Made by a program: the position numbers and the translations under genes. Source: a candidate division WWE3 bacterium UBA1401 (lineage in GTDB: Bacteria > Patescibacteriota > WWE3 > UBA101185 > UBA10185). From it: a stretch of 64,000 nt of DNA. Where the stretch lies: positions 92,447 through 156,446 of the forward strand of contig DBQF01000001.1 of NCBI GenBank assembly GCA_002305115.1, in the 5' to 3' direction. The notes beneath the pieces are model-generated. The model saw only the letters and a list, made by a program, of their open reading frames with translations, was not told where the DNA came from and made no database searches. Positions within the stretch are counted from its first letter, which is position 1. Each line of letters opens with the position of its first letter. Positions 18,190-27,898 of this stretch are shown one piece after another.

Positions 18190-18424
18190 GATTTCTCGTC
18201 TGTTTTGCCCAAGCCTCCACTCAAGTGGCGAATTATTTAGCGAAAGCTAGGTGATTTTGTCCATGAAGGGTGGGGGTTTGATTTCTCTAAACACAAAAAT
18301 TTTTTTAATACTTCATCTAACTTTAAGAACAATGTTTTATCCTATAACTTAACATTTTCATTAATATAACTTATAATCTAAGTCAGAGTGTTCCCTTATC
18401 TGGTCTGTGCAAGAAAGGAGTGCC

Positions 18425-18766
18425 ATGTTTGCCAAAGTTTGGCAGGGTCTAAAGAAGGCCCTATGGTGGGTCTTCATGAAAAGATGGGAGGAAGATCTCG
18501 CCATTACGAGGAGGTTGGATAGTCTCAAAGGCTCTCTCCAAGATGAACAACAGTACAGCGCAGCGAAACAAATGGGAGAGGGTTGCGAAGGATGCTTTGC
18601 ATTTTTCGAAGCTATCGGTCTCCTGATAGCAATCGTTGTATCTGCGCTGAAGGGTAGTGTAGTTGCTTTGGGCGGTATATCTGCATTTTTGTTCATCGCA
18701 GAGGGCATGGCCTTTTTTCCGTTTATTCGCCTGACGATATATCGTTTTCGAAGGAATCGGAAATGA
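18425..18766 (+). CDS. Hypothetical membrane protein
   Basis: ATG after AAAGGAG; two C-terminal hydrophobic helices. Confidence 0.55.
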   Translation: MFAKVWQGLKKALWWVFMKRWEEDLAITRRLDSLKGSLQDEQQYSAAKQMGEGCEGCFAFFEAIGLLIAIVVSALKGSVVALGGISAFLFIAEGMAFFPFIRLTIYRFRRNRK

Positions 18767-19028
18767 GTCTGCGGGGTCTCCTGGTATGGATTGTCTTCCC
18801 AGATAACACCAGCCACGAGACCCTGTTTACGTTTTATTCACGAACATTTTCAAATACTCCCATCAAACTTCGTACATACACTTGAATGGGGAGCCATTAC
18901 TTCTTGCACAATATCTTCCAAGATACTTCAGTAAATATAAACTGCTTTTGACCTCATTTGCTAAAATAAGCTCATAAGTTTATTTGTCTGCTCGCAAAGA
19001 TCTGAGCAAAACATAAAGGAGTGATGAG

Positions 19029-19457
19029 ATGAAAAACTTCCACATGGTATTGCCCTTCACTGTAGCTGTTATTAAAGATGAGAAAGGCAGATACTTAGTA
19101 GGGCGGCACCCAAACCTGGAGCGTAAACCATATCCAGGAAAGTGGGACATGCCAGGAGGCAAGGCCGAAGAAACTGACGAAACCTTCGAAGCTGCTGTAG
19201 CGAGGGAGGTCAAAGAGGAAACGGGATTCGATGTAACCACAGCAAAGTTACTTGCTGTATTTCATCATTCAGGCAAGACTATTGCGCCCGATGCTTCCCC
19301 TGCCACTGTTCCTGGAATTGGTATTTGCTACATGGTAGAAGTGACTGGTGATCTAGTTCCTTCAGAACTTGAGGACATGCACTGGGTTAGTCTGGAAGAA
19401 CTCGACACACTAGAGCTTACTCCTTGGTGCAAGTATCTTCTGGAAAACTTTCTCTAA
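19029..19457 (+). CDS. NUDIX hydrolase
   Basis: WDMPGGKAE..ETFEAAVAREVKEETG Nudix box. Confidence 0.92.
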   Translation: MKNFHMVLPFTVAVIKDEKGRYLVGRHPNLERKPYPGKWDMPGGKAEETDETFEAAVAREVKEETGFDVTTAKLLAVFHHSGKTIAPDASPATVPGIGICYMVEVTGDLVPSELEDMHWVSLEELDTLELTPWCKYLLENFL

Positions 19458-19658
19458 CCACTAAGGTTTAAGGCTAGCATTTGGCAACTAGTCTAGGGAT
19501 TTCTGTCTGTCCAAAGGGTTCTCCCTTGTTGCACCCGCGACATTGTGAGGGCCTTTTGTTTTTTTTACACAAGGGTGTTTTCAGGTGCTTTTACTAAACT
19601 TGTTCACATACCTGCCCGATGCTTTATCTTTGAACCTATTTTTCTGTATAATAACAAC

Positions 19659-19985
19659 ATGAATCCGTATCAATATCTTAACGCACTTTCAGCTGGGATA
19701 TCTCTGAATAAGCGCGAGTCAAGTGCAATTAATTATTTTAGAGAACAAGGTGCTACAAGTCCTGAGAAAGCTATTACAATAGATGATAAGGATGCAGAAA
19801 GGTTATGTTCTCCCCTAAATTTGTTTAAATTTGGATATATACTGCAAACTTTGGAAGGAAGGTATTATCTTGATGAAGACATGCTACAGCAATATTATTC
19901 AAGGGTGAGGAAGATTGGCCTTTTATTTGCAGGGTTAATGGGTTTCATTGTCTTAACTACTGTTTTTCTCATATTATCTGGGTAG
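19659..19985 (+). CDS. Hypothetical protein with a C-terminal TM anchor
   Basis: ATG 19659, 6 nt after TATAAT; FREQGATSPEKA..RYYLDE. Confidence 0.6.
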   Translation: MNPYQYLNALSAGISLNKRESSAINYFREQGATSPEKAITIDDKDAERLCSPLNLFKFGYILQTLEGRYYLDEDMLQQYYSRVRKIGLLFAGLMGFIVLTTVFLILSG

Positions 19986-20350
19986 ATGTAAAGATTCTTG
20001 TCTAGAGGTAAAGATTCGAAACACACCCCACTTACCGAGCCAGTTACTACTTACTCTAACTTTTCTCGACTTAAATAGTTTTATGAAGAGTGATGTATAG
20101 GTAACGTTCATTACTTTAGTGTCTCTTGGCTTCAAAGCCAGCGTCACAATGAACCTCATAGATATTGTTAGTAAGCTTCAGGGCTTCCTCTGTACATCTA
20201 TATCAAAGCCTCTTTCATTTTCTAGATCCTGAATTTGAAATGAAACTTTTGATATCTGCCTTTATAAAGTTTCTTTATCAATAGTTTTATCTAGGAGGTT
20301 GTTTTCTAAGATATTGCACTTATCATCAAGCTTTTTAATGGCTTTGGGCA
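19986..20350 (-). pseudogene. Degenerate C-terminal fragment of a second large serine recombinase
   Basis: Frameshifted pieces KAIKKLDDKCNILENNLLDKTIDKE / FQIQDLENERGFDID / EEALKLTNNIYEVHCDAGFEAKRH / KVMNV..KVRVSSNWL are colinear with the C-terminus of 8905-10431 (NLIDKE..KIVNV..FVRISSNWL). Confidence 0.75.
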
Positions 20351-20450
20351 GAACTGGTGGTTGGTGTTTTTACTTTTTATCAACTTAAATACAGTAAGAA
20401 TATGATTTTTTGACATAGATTCGAATGACAAGAAATAGTACTATTAAAAC

Positions 20451-21110
20451 ATGAACATTAATTCCACACACATATACTGGTTTATTGGGGGCTTAGTTCT
20501 TTCTTTTCTTGTTCCCGCCGTATTTGGAAACAATAAAAATATACCAATCGACTGGTATTATTTGATTTATTTTCTGGTAATTGGGGGCTTTTTGTTTGCC
20601 TATGTCAAAATCAACAACATAGAAATTATGAGATTTTTGAATAAAAATTTGGTGATTACCCTAGTGCTAACCTTATTGTTTTCATTCATTATGGTAAAAA
20701 ATGTTTTATCTATGCCAACGACAGCCCAATTAACAGGCAGTTATCTGACCTGGTCGGTTTTTTGGAGAGGTTTGATGTATGGAGTAGTTGACGGATTTTT
20801 ATTGTCCGTTTTTCCTTTTTTAGTAGTCTGGAATACCTTTGAACTTGCCGATAAATCTTTAATAGCTAAACTTCCATACGGACCAATTGCTTTTTTGTTT
20901 GTTATTATCGTTACCAGTCTCTATCATTTGGGCTACAATGATTTTCGCTCTAAAAAGGTGATTAAAGCCAATGTGGGCAATGTTTTGATTTCGACTCCGT
21001 TGGTGTTTACCTCCAACCCAATATCAGCACCAATTATCCATGCTTCGATGCATATTTCAGCAATATTACATAGTCCTCAAACGGAACTCTTTTTACCACC
21101 CCATCGATAA
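20451..21110 (+). CDS. Multi-pass membrane protein
   Basis: 219 aa, about 6-7 TM segments, YHLGY and H..MH motifs. Confidence 0.65.
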   Translation: MNINSTHIYWFIGGLVLSFLVPAVFGNNKNIPIDWYYLIYFLVIGGFLFAYVKINNIEIMRFLNKNLVITLVLTLLFSFIMVKNVLSMPTTAQLTGSYLTWSVFWRGLMYGVVDGFLLSVFPFLVVWNTFELADKSLIAKLPYGPIAFLFVIIVTSLYHLGYNDFRSKKVIKANVGNVLISTPLVFTSNPISAPIIHASMHISAILHSPQTELFLPPHR

Positions 21111-21453
21111 CACTGGTTTATCAGGAACAGCAGGAAGCAGATGGTTAAGAATTTGTTCCGATGTCATTCTGAACTCATTACCCTTTGCAAAAACTTTTAC
21201 CCATCCATTTTCATCTCTAAAGTATGTCTCCGTAAAGTTTTTAATGCCCAGAGAGCTACGAAGGATGTTTTGCGTTTTATAAACAAACATTCTCAAACAC
21301 TCCCATCAAACTGCTTACAGAACAAGATATAAAACCATATTTGATATATGTATTGAGTAGGTAAGAAACTGATAGAATTTAGCAAAGATAAGAGAACTTT
21401 TAAGAATAGAATCTTAAATTGAGTTACAATAAATAAAAGAAGGTGAAAAAAAT

Positions 21454-22083
21454 ATGAAGAAGCTAGAATCAATTTCAGCGTTAGCTTTTGCTTTATTAAT
21501 TGTGCCAACTGTAGTTTTGGCTCAGCAAGGCCAAGGTTTGCAACAGCAGAATAGGGTTCAAGACCCAACTACTCATGAAGATAGTGTAGTTGCTCCACAA
21601 GGCAACCAGGTACAAAACCAAGTTAAACCTCAAAATGCTGGTGAAGACAGCCGGGGTAGAAGTGATGCTGCTAGACAAAACATGAGTAATGTTGCTCAAA
21701 AAGTAGAGGAATTACTTAGTGATGAGGTAACTCAAGGCGGTATTGGCCAACAGGTAAAAACTATTGCCCAACAGCAAAAACAAGCTCAAGGTGAAATAAC
21801 AGGCCAGTTAAACAAACTTGAATTACGCCAAGGGTTGATAAAGAAACTGTTTGGCGCAGACCAGAAAGTAATTAAAAATCTCAAGCAACAGTTGGAGCAA
21901 AATCAACTCAGAATCCAACAGTTGCAAAGGTTACAAAATCAAGTCACCAACCAGGCAGAAGAAACTCAAATCCAAGAACTGGTTCAAGCTTTAGTTGAAC
22001 AGAACACTTCTTTAGAAGACCAGATTCAAGCAGAAGAACAGGTTGGCAGTGTTTTTGGCTGGTTACTCAGACTGTTTAACTAA
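21454..22083 (+). CDS. Secreted Gln-rich coiled-coil protein
   Basis: Signal peptide, Q-rich, ends in FGWLLRLF; GAAGGTG SD. Confidence 0.7.
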   Translation: MKKLESISALAFALLIVPTVVLAQQGQGLQQQNRVQDPTTHEDSVVAPQGNQVQNQVKPQNAGEDSRGRSDAARQNMSNVAQKVEELLSDEVTQGGIGQQVKTIAQQQKQAQGEITGQLNKLELRQGLIKKLFGADQKVIKNLKQQLEQNQLRIQQLQRLQNQVTNQAEETQIQELVQALVEQNTSLEDQIQAEEQVGSVFGWLLRLFN

Positions 22084-22216
22084 TAAATTACGAGATTGTT
22101 TCTATTTAAAATGACAACCTTTAGTTAAGGTTGAAGTGTTATCTATGAAAAACGCTAAACAAATAAAAAGGATTATACGGTAAGCATTACTTTCTCGGCA
22201 TTTAAGTTGTAAAACC

Positions 22217-23038
22217 ATGAAGATAATTAAAAAAGCATTTAAATATCTGTTTATCACTTTGATAGTTTTAGCAATTTCCTCTCCCCTCTGGATTAGCAGG
22301 TTATCACTGCAACATCTGTCATTTTTTGTTGGAAAATCACAAGTTGCTGATAAATATTTATGTCAATATTCAATTCAAGTTAGCGGTGACTCTATGGCAC
22401 CTGTCGTTGTCCAGGGTAGTTCAATAGAATTAGATCGATGTTTTGATGAAAGCGATTTGTCTGAGGGAATGGTGGTGCTTTTTGGCAAAGATGAAGAATA
22501 CCACTTGGGTATTATCCGTCACATTCTTCCGTTGGACCCGATTATATACAAGATCTCAAATGAAAGACCCAATGAGAGATTGCAGGATATAGTTAGAGAG
22601 GAGATAGTGGCTATAAGCAAAGATATTGATACAAGCAATTCCAGTTATCAGCCTAAAGAAAGTTTCGATTCGCTTATTCTAGACCCGAAAGAATATGTGT
22701 CCGATTTGTATTTGGGCAAAATCCCCAGAGGATATGGTGAAGAAATGGCAGAAGTGGAAAAAACTAGTATCTTTTTAAGGGCTGAAGACAAATTCTGTAT
22801 GGTGGTTATGCCTAAAAAAGAATTGGCATTTGTGGACACCGAGATTGTTGATGCTCAAACCAAGGAAACTGTCATATCAAACAAAAAGATTATCTTTAAT
22901 GTTCGTCCTAGCCCAAATACTAACTGTCAAGATTTTGGTGAAGGACAGGGAATGTTAGATTTATCTCCAGGCAGTTATCGTTACCGTTTTCTGCTTAATC
23001 ATCAGGCTTTGGCAGATATTCCGTTTACCGTTAAGTAA
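22217..23038 (+). CDS. Membrane-anchored S24/S26 peptidase-like protein with a C-terminal beta domain
   Basis: VSGDSMAP box; catalytic Lys not evident. Confidence 0.55.
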   Translation: MKIIKKAFKYLFITLIVLAISSPLWISRLSLQHLSFFVGKSQVADKYLCQYSIQVSGDSMAPVVVQGSSIELDRCFDESDLSEGMVVLFGKDEEYHLGIIRHILPLDPIIYKISNERPNERLQDIVREEIVAISKDIDTSNSSYQPKESFDSLILDPKEYVSDLYLGKIPRGYGEEMAEVEKTSIFLRAEDKFCMVVMPKKELAFVDTEIVDAQTKETVISNKKIIFNVRPSPNTNCQDFGEGQGMLDLSPGSYRYRFLLNHQALADIPFTVK

Positions 23039-23051
23039 CTTCGTTCTCAAA

Positions 23052-24494
23052 CTAGTAAGTACTGATATTTCCTTCTTTCAAACTCAACAGCTTTGTGATT
23101 CCAACACTTTCCACAAAATACCTATCATGCGATACCAAAAGCAACGTGCCCTTGTATTCCGCTAAAGACTGTTCAATCACTTCCTTAGTCTCAATATCCA
23201 AGTGGTTGGTGGGTTCATCGAGCATTAATAAGTCATAATCATTGTAGGCAAAGATGGCAAAGGCAAACCTTGCTCTCTGGCCGGGGCTTAATTGGTCTAT
23301 TTTTTGACCCAACATATCTTTATCAAATAAAAACTTACTCAGGTAGCCGAAGGCCTTACCATAAGGGCATTTGGTTTCTATCATAAATTGGTCTAGCAGA
23401 TTTTTACTATAGTCCAGATGCGTTTGTTTTTGCGCAAAATAGCCCAGGCGAATATTTGTGCCTACTTTAACTATGCCCTCTGTTGGCTGTTCTTCGCCGG
23501 TGATTAATTTTACAATTGTTGTTTTTCCTGCACCATTAGGTCCAAACAACCATACTTTCTCGCCACCTCTGATATCAAAGGATAGATCGTTGAAAACAGG
23601 TTTTATGCCATACTGTTTTGTGACATTTTCAAAATTTATCATTAGCTTGCTGTGTGTTATGTCTGTATCGAAATTTACTTTGGAAATAATTTGTTCTTTG
23701 TATGCTTCTTTTTTGTTTTCTTCTACTTCTCGATTGATACGCTTTTTGGCGGCTTGTACTGCGCGGCCTCTAGCTTTTCCGTCTTTAATTTTGCGCACGT
23801 TTTCAAGTAATGTTTCAAGTTTGGCTTTTCTTTTTAGGAATAATCTGTAGTCTTGATCCCACTTGTCGATGAGTTTCAGTTTTTCTTGTTTATAGTTGTC
23901 ATAGTCTCCTACGAATCTGATAAGTGTAGCGTTTTCTATTTCCCAGATTTCATCTACGCAGTTATTCAAAAATTCCCTGTCGTGAGAAATCATGACTACG
24001 TTCATATCCAAATGTTTGATGTAGTTTTCAAACCATGCTATGCCTTCTATATCAAGGTGATTGGTAGGTTCGTCTATTAGAAAGGTAGTAGGCTCTTTTA
24101 GCAACAACTCTATCATTTTTAGTTTCATTTTTTGGCCTTCGCTAAGGGTGGTTATTGCTTGATAGGGGTCATAGTTTTCGAATTTCAGTTGGTTTAGCAG
24201 GGTGTCTATTTTGTAGGTTTCCCAGGAATTTTCCAGGCTTTTTTCCAGGAATTCGCCAGCCAGTTCGCTGTGAAAGGTGAGTTCTTGCGGCAAGTATGCG
24301 ATGGTTTCTTGTTCTTTTTGTATTGTGCCTTCATCCGGTTCGAGTTTTTCAGCAACTATGTTAAATAGTGTGGTTTTGCCGCAACCGTTTTTGCCCACTA
24401 CACCGATTTTTCGGTTGTTGCCGATTTTGAAGTCTATGTTTTGCAAGACAGGTTTTCCTGTGAAGCTTTTTGTTATGTTTGAACCGATTATCAC
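23052..24494 (-). CDS. ABC-F family ATPase
   Basis: Two ABC cassettes (GKNGCGKT, DEPTNHLD, GPNGAGKT, DEPTNHLD, SHDR), no TM segments. Confidence 0.93.
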   Translation of the reverse strand: MIIGSNITKSFTGKPVLQNIDFKIGNNRKIGVVGKNGCGKTTLFNIVAEKLEPDEGTIQKEQETIAYLPQELTFHSELAGEFLEKSLENSWETYKIDTLLNQLKFENYDPYQAITTLSEGQKMKLKMIELLLKEPTTFLIDEPTNHLDIEGIAWFENYIKHLDMNVVMISHDREFLNNCVDEIWEIENATLIRFVGDYDNYKQEKLKLIDKWDQDYRLFLKRKAKLETLLENVRKIKDGKARGRAVQAAKKRINREVEENKKEAYKEQIISKVNFDTDITHSKLMINFENVTKQYGIKPVFNDLSFDIRGGEKVWLFGPNGAGKTTIVKLITGEEQPTEGIVKVGTNIRLGYFAQKQTHLDYSKNLLDQFMIETKCPYGKAFGYLSKFLFDKDMLGQKIDQLSPGQRARFAFAIFAYNDYDLLMLDEPTNHLDIETKEVIEQSLAEYKGTLLLVSHDRYFVESVGITKLLSLKEGNISTY

Positions 24495-24634
24495 GGGCTT
24501 TATTGTAACACTGAGGTTTGATTTAACGTATACCTTATAGTTTGCAAACTTGATGTTTTCTTGTACAATCTGTTCAGCGACGTTTTTTCTGTTATATGGC
24601 AGAAGAATTTCTGCTGAAACTGTAGGAGAGACAT

Positions 24635-24826
24635 ATGTCTATTCATGTATTAGTCAGCCCAGTTTGTGAAGGCGTTCTCCCTTTTCCAGGAAATCCGAGC
24701 ACTGAACAGATGACTTCCCTGGAAGAGCAAATTGCGGTCTGCTTAGCAGAGACGTTATTTTCCTCAAGAGTTGGGGTTCATTTCTGCAGAGAGTTCTGGG
24801 GTTGCATTTCTGGGATTAGTCTTTGA
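24635..24826 (+). CDS. Small hypothetical protein
   Basis: AGGAGA SD; followed by a hairpin at about 24835-24865. Confidence 0.4.
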   Translation: MSIHVLVSPVCEGVLPFPGNPSTEQMTSLEEQIAVCLAETLFSSRVGVHFCREFWGCISGISL

Positions 24827-24893
24827 GGATTTTGCGGTGGAGCATGTTCGCATGTTTTCACTGCGCCCGTTGCTTTAGTGCTAAAATAGTTCC

Positions 24894-25298
24894 ATGTCTC
24901 CTGCTGTAAACAAATTCCTTCTTTTCTTTATGCTGGTCGCAGGTGGTGTTCTACTTGAAGTAATAGTTCACAAGCTTCACTGCTTCCTAACCAAGCAGCA
25001 CTATAAAGAAAACCATTTTACTTTTAGGAAATATATATTTCTGTTGCTATTTCCCTTTATAGCAACTTTTACCATTGCCTATCTAGAGGGTTGGGCGCCT
25101 CTGGTGGTATTTGTGGTGTTCAGTTTTATAGGTACTCTTTTGGAAGGTTTAGTAGGATTTTCCTATCATAAAGTTGTTGGTCAGCGGCTTTGGACGTATC
25201 ATAAGTATTCATTGACAGGTTATACCAGTTTGCTGTCTATTCCCCTATGGGGAATGGCTGGTGTTTTATTCTGGTTACTAGCTAGAATTTTCGTATAA
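24894..25298 (+). CDS. Membrane protein (putative ABC-transporter-associated/DUF1113-like)
   Basis: GTLLE..G....GQRLWTY...GYTSL..IPLWG; 4 TM segments. Confidence 0.6.
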   Translation: MSPAVNKFLLFFMLVAGGVLLEVIVHKLHCFLTKQHYKENHFTFRKYIFLLLFPFIATFTIAYLEGWAPLVVFVVFSFIGTLLEGLVGFSYHKVVGQRLWTYHKYSLTGYTSLLSIPLWGMAGVLFWLLARIFV

Positions 25299-25402
25299 AT
25301 ACCCTATATTTGGCACTTGATATAATATCCAAAACCCATCCTACTTGTCTTTACTAAATACCCCAGAAATTTATTGATAGTGCCTGAAGAAGGAGGGAAA
25401 TT

Positions 25403-25636
25403 TTGTCTGCGGTTGTAGCAATTGGTGTAGTCAGTTTCTTGCTGGGCTATATGTTAGGCAGCTTATCACACGCTGCTGTGCCTGGTAGAGACCCTGATGA
25501 TTTTGGACCTTATATAGGTATGGCAGTTGTTTCTGTACTACTTGGGTTTGTTGGGTTTACCATCGATTGGCGGCTATTTTTTATAGTTTGTCCTATCTCT
25601 ATAGTTGGTTTTGCAGTACGTTATCAGCTTGAGTAG
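25403..25636 (+). CDS. Small membrane protein
   Basis: GGAGG SD, TTG start, 3 hydrophobic segments. Confidence 0.5.
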   Translation: MSAVVAIGVVSFLLGYMLGSLSHAAVPGRDPDDFGPYIGMAVVSVLLGFVGFTIDWRLFFIVCPISIVGFAVRYQLE

Positions 25637-25741
25637 TAGGGTTGTGAGGAGAGAACGTTGCACTACATTTGCACTTTTCCCATATCTCTCCTCCTTTTTT
25701 AAACCTAAGGTCCGACCCGGATTGAAGAGTCAATGGGAAAG

Positions 25742-27034
25742 TTAGAATGCTATAGTTAAATCGGATTCTGCAATATTGCCACACAGCGCTAAGTACCAGG
25801 TGTCCGGTTGGAAAAACATCTGCGCAGTCTCAATAAGATCTTGCCTCGTAGTACTTTCAACTGCCCTCAACCACTCATCCAACTGCAAATACTCATCCGG
25901 CGCCACCAACTCCCCAAAGCCGTGCCTTCTTATCCACGAAGCCGACGTCTGCATGCCTCTTGGCGTAGACTTAATAATTCTATCCTTAGCAAACTGCAAC
26001 TCCTCTTGTGTAATTCCCCCTGTTATCACACTCTTTAACTCTTGCGTAATAATATTCAGCACTTCTTGCACGTGTTCTCTAGAAGTTGAAGTAGCAATTT
26101 CCCATACGCCCGCGTTTGCGTATTTGCTGCTTGTTGCGCTTACATCATATACTAGGCCGGTCTCATACCTAAGTTTTTTAGTTAAAGTAGCAGCTCTTCT
26201 CCCGCCAAGTATCGTTGCCAAGATTAATAAAGGAATATTTTTGGGATCCGCAAAAGGTACTGTTCGAAAGCCAAAAACCAATTGCACCTGGTCTATGCCT
26301 TCATATTTATGCACCATTATGGGCATTTCTTTAGTTTTGGAAATGGGTTCAGAAAAAATGTACCTTGAGGTTATGGGCACAATTAGGCTTTTTTCCAGGC
26401 CACTCACAAGTTCTTCAAGCTCAGTATCCCCGCTGGCTACAATTGCCAGTCCGCCCGAAGTAATCATATCTTGATAAAAATCTACCAGATTCTGTTTAGT
26501 GATGGCTTGAATACTTTCTTTAGTTCCTAATTCGGATTTACCATATGGAGTTTGCTGAAAAAAAACTTGTTTATACACATCCCATATTTGTTTTGAAGGA
26601 TTTGCCAGCTTAGTACCTAATTCTTTGAGGATTGAGCTCCTTTCCATTTCAATAGTTTTTTCATTAAATAGAGGTTTGACAATAATTTCTGTTAGTACAG
26701 TGATTGCGGCATTCAGATCTTCCGAAGTGCCTATTTCTATATCCACCATTAAGGCGTCCAGGCCTGTTGAAGCACCAAACGAGCCCCCCAGGCTTTCAAT
26801 GTAATTGGCTAGTTTGTCTTTTGTTGGGAAGTTTTGGGTGCCAGCCACTAGCATATGTTCTAAAAAGTGCGCTGTGCCTTGTAGGTTAGGTGGATCAAAC
26901 CTTGAGCCGGCCGCGATGATTGCTTGAATGGCGATAGGTGTTCCAGGGCGTTTGAATAGGGTTACCGGGATGCCGTTACTTAGTCTGGTTTGGTGTCTTG
27001 AAACGTTGAAGTTTTGAAATGTGTAGTTTGGCAT
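25742..27034 (-). CDS. M16 (pitrilysin-like) zinc peptidase
   Basis: GTAHFLEHM inverted zinc motif; LRYETGLVY. Confidence 0.92.
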   Translation of the reverse strand: MPNYTFQNFNVSRHQTRLSNGIPVTLFKRPGTPIAIQAIIAAGSRFDPPNLQGTAHFLEHMLVAGTQNFPTKDKLANYIESLGGSFGASTGLDALMVDIEIGTSEDLNAAITVLTEIIVKPLFNEKTIEMERSSILKELGTKLANPSKQIWDVYKQVFFQQTPYGKSELGTKESIQAITKQNLVDFYQDMITSGGLAIVASGDTELEELVSGLEKSLIVPITSRYIFSEPISKTKEMPIMVHKYEGIDQVQLVFGFRTVPFADPKNIPLLILATILGGRRAATLTKKLRYETGLVYDVSATSSKYANAGVWEIATSTSREHVQEVLNIITQELKSVITGGITQEELQFAKDRIIKSTPRGMQTSASWIRRHGFGELVAPDEYLQLDEWLRAVESTTRQDLIETAQMFFQPDTWYLALCGNIAESDLTIAF

Positions 27035-27148
27035 GGGGTTTAGGGGGATTATAGTTCAGGAAGGGGCTGGAGGCAATGTTTTGTTGATGTTATGGTTTTT
27101 CTATATCCCCTATAGTATAATCCCGCCAATGGGTTTGTAATCATAAGG

Positions 27149-27898
27149 GTGCTTATGCATCCAGAGGAGAGGGTTATGAGTTTAGTTTCGTCTGAATTTG
27201 TTCTCGACGAGCATTTCCATTGGCTCTTGAAGTTGGCAGAAATCGGCATTTCTCAAGTCTCCCCTCAGGCCTATATACGCTACTTTTCTTCAGAATACCC
27301 ATATCCGCCTAGAATAACTTTTCATGAGCAACTTGGTAATGTGGAGCCCTATGCGTTTTACTTCTGGAGGAAGGATCTTGGAGACATCACTGTCCATCTT
27401 TCTTTTAGAGATCCCGATGGCAGACTTGTAGCTGATATCATGGCGGCTACCACTGAAGTGAACGTTCGTGTAGGCATTGGCTTAGCAACTACAAATCGGT
27501 TGCTCAAGGGACTTGTTCACGGTAACTCTTGCTATGTCGATTTGCCTGTTTGGCTAGACAGTACCTACTTAGAACGTAGGTGCTGTATTCGTCAGACAAT
27601 CGGTTTAAGTAGGGTTAACCCATTGACGCTACGTTACCCGCAGGTAAAGGTTTCTGCTGACGGCTCTTTTGTACGTTATATTCATTTCATTTCTGAAAGC
27701 AGTAGTTTCGGTATGAGTTGGCGTTTGGAAGGTGGCTGGTCGGGTGTGGGGCTGGAGGAAAGTGGCGTAGTAACGCCATTTTACCCTGAGGCTGCAACCA
27801 AGTGGGTTGCTGGGAAGTCCTACATTGCGTCATCTACTCAGACCGATTCTGCAAGAAGGGACAAGAGGTCATTCTTAAATGTCTTAAGAAGGAGATAA
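27149..27898 (+). CDS. Hypothetical protein
   Basis: 249 aa ORF; likely start ATG 27176 after GGAGAGG; hairpin plus T tract at about 27925-27958. Confidence 0.55.
   Translation: MLMHPEERVMSLVSSEFVLDEHFHWLLKLAEIGISQVSPQAYIRYFSSEYPYPPRITFHEQLGNVEPYAFYFWRKDLGDITVHLSFRDPDGRLVADIMAATTEVNVRVGIGLATTNRLLKGLVHGNSCYVDLPVWLDSTYLERRCCIRQTIGLSRVNPLTLRYPQVKVSADGSFVRYIHFISESSSFGMSWRLEGGWSGVGLEESGVVTPFYPEAATKWVAGKSYIASSTQTDSARRDKRSFLNVLRRR

Larger units (their letters stand above)
8926..18896. mobile_element. Integrative element at tRNA-Asn (integrase, replication module, regulator, cargo); array of older insertions probably continues to about 23 kb
   Basis: Integrase abuts the tRNA; GGGGAGCCA at 8926-8934 recurs at 18888-18896; AAA helicase, CHC2 Zn-finger and XRE genes inside. 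Right boundary uncertain (alternatives about 17210 and 20040). Confidence 0.7.

Noticed and set aside
19500-19580. Possible additional att scar (minus strand KALTMSRVQQGRTL)
   Set aside because: No GAGCCA core and no alignable similarity to the other scars; too weak.
21093-21296. 67-aa minus-strand ORF as an intact gene
   Set aside because: Its start lies inside the 21.3 kb scar and its end overlaps the neighbouring gene; at most a gene fragment.
13894-25636. Classical integron (IntI and attC)
   Set aside because: Cargo is co-oriented, but I found no consistent RYYYAAC...GTTRRRY sites. The only tyrosine recombinase is about 20 kb away and lacks the IntI-specific insertion.
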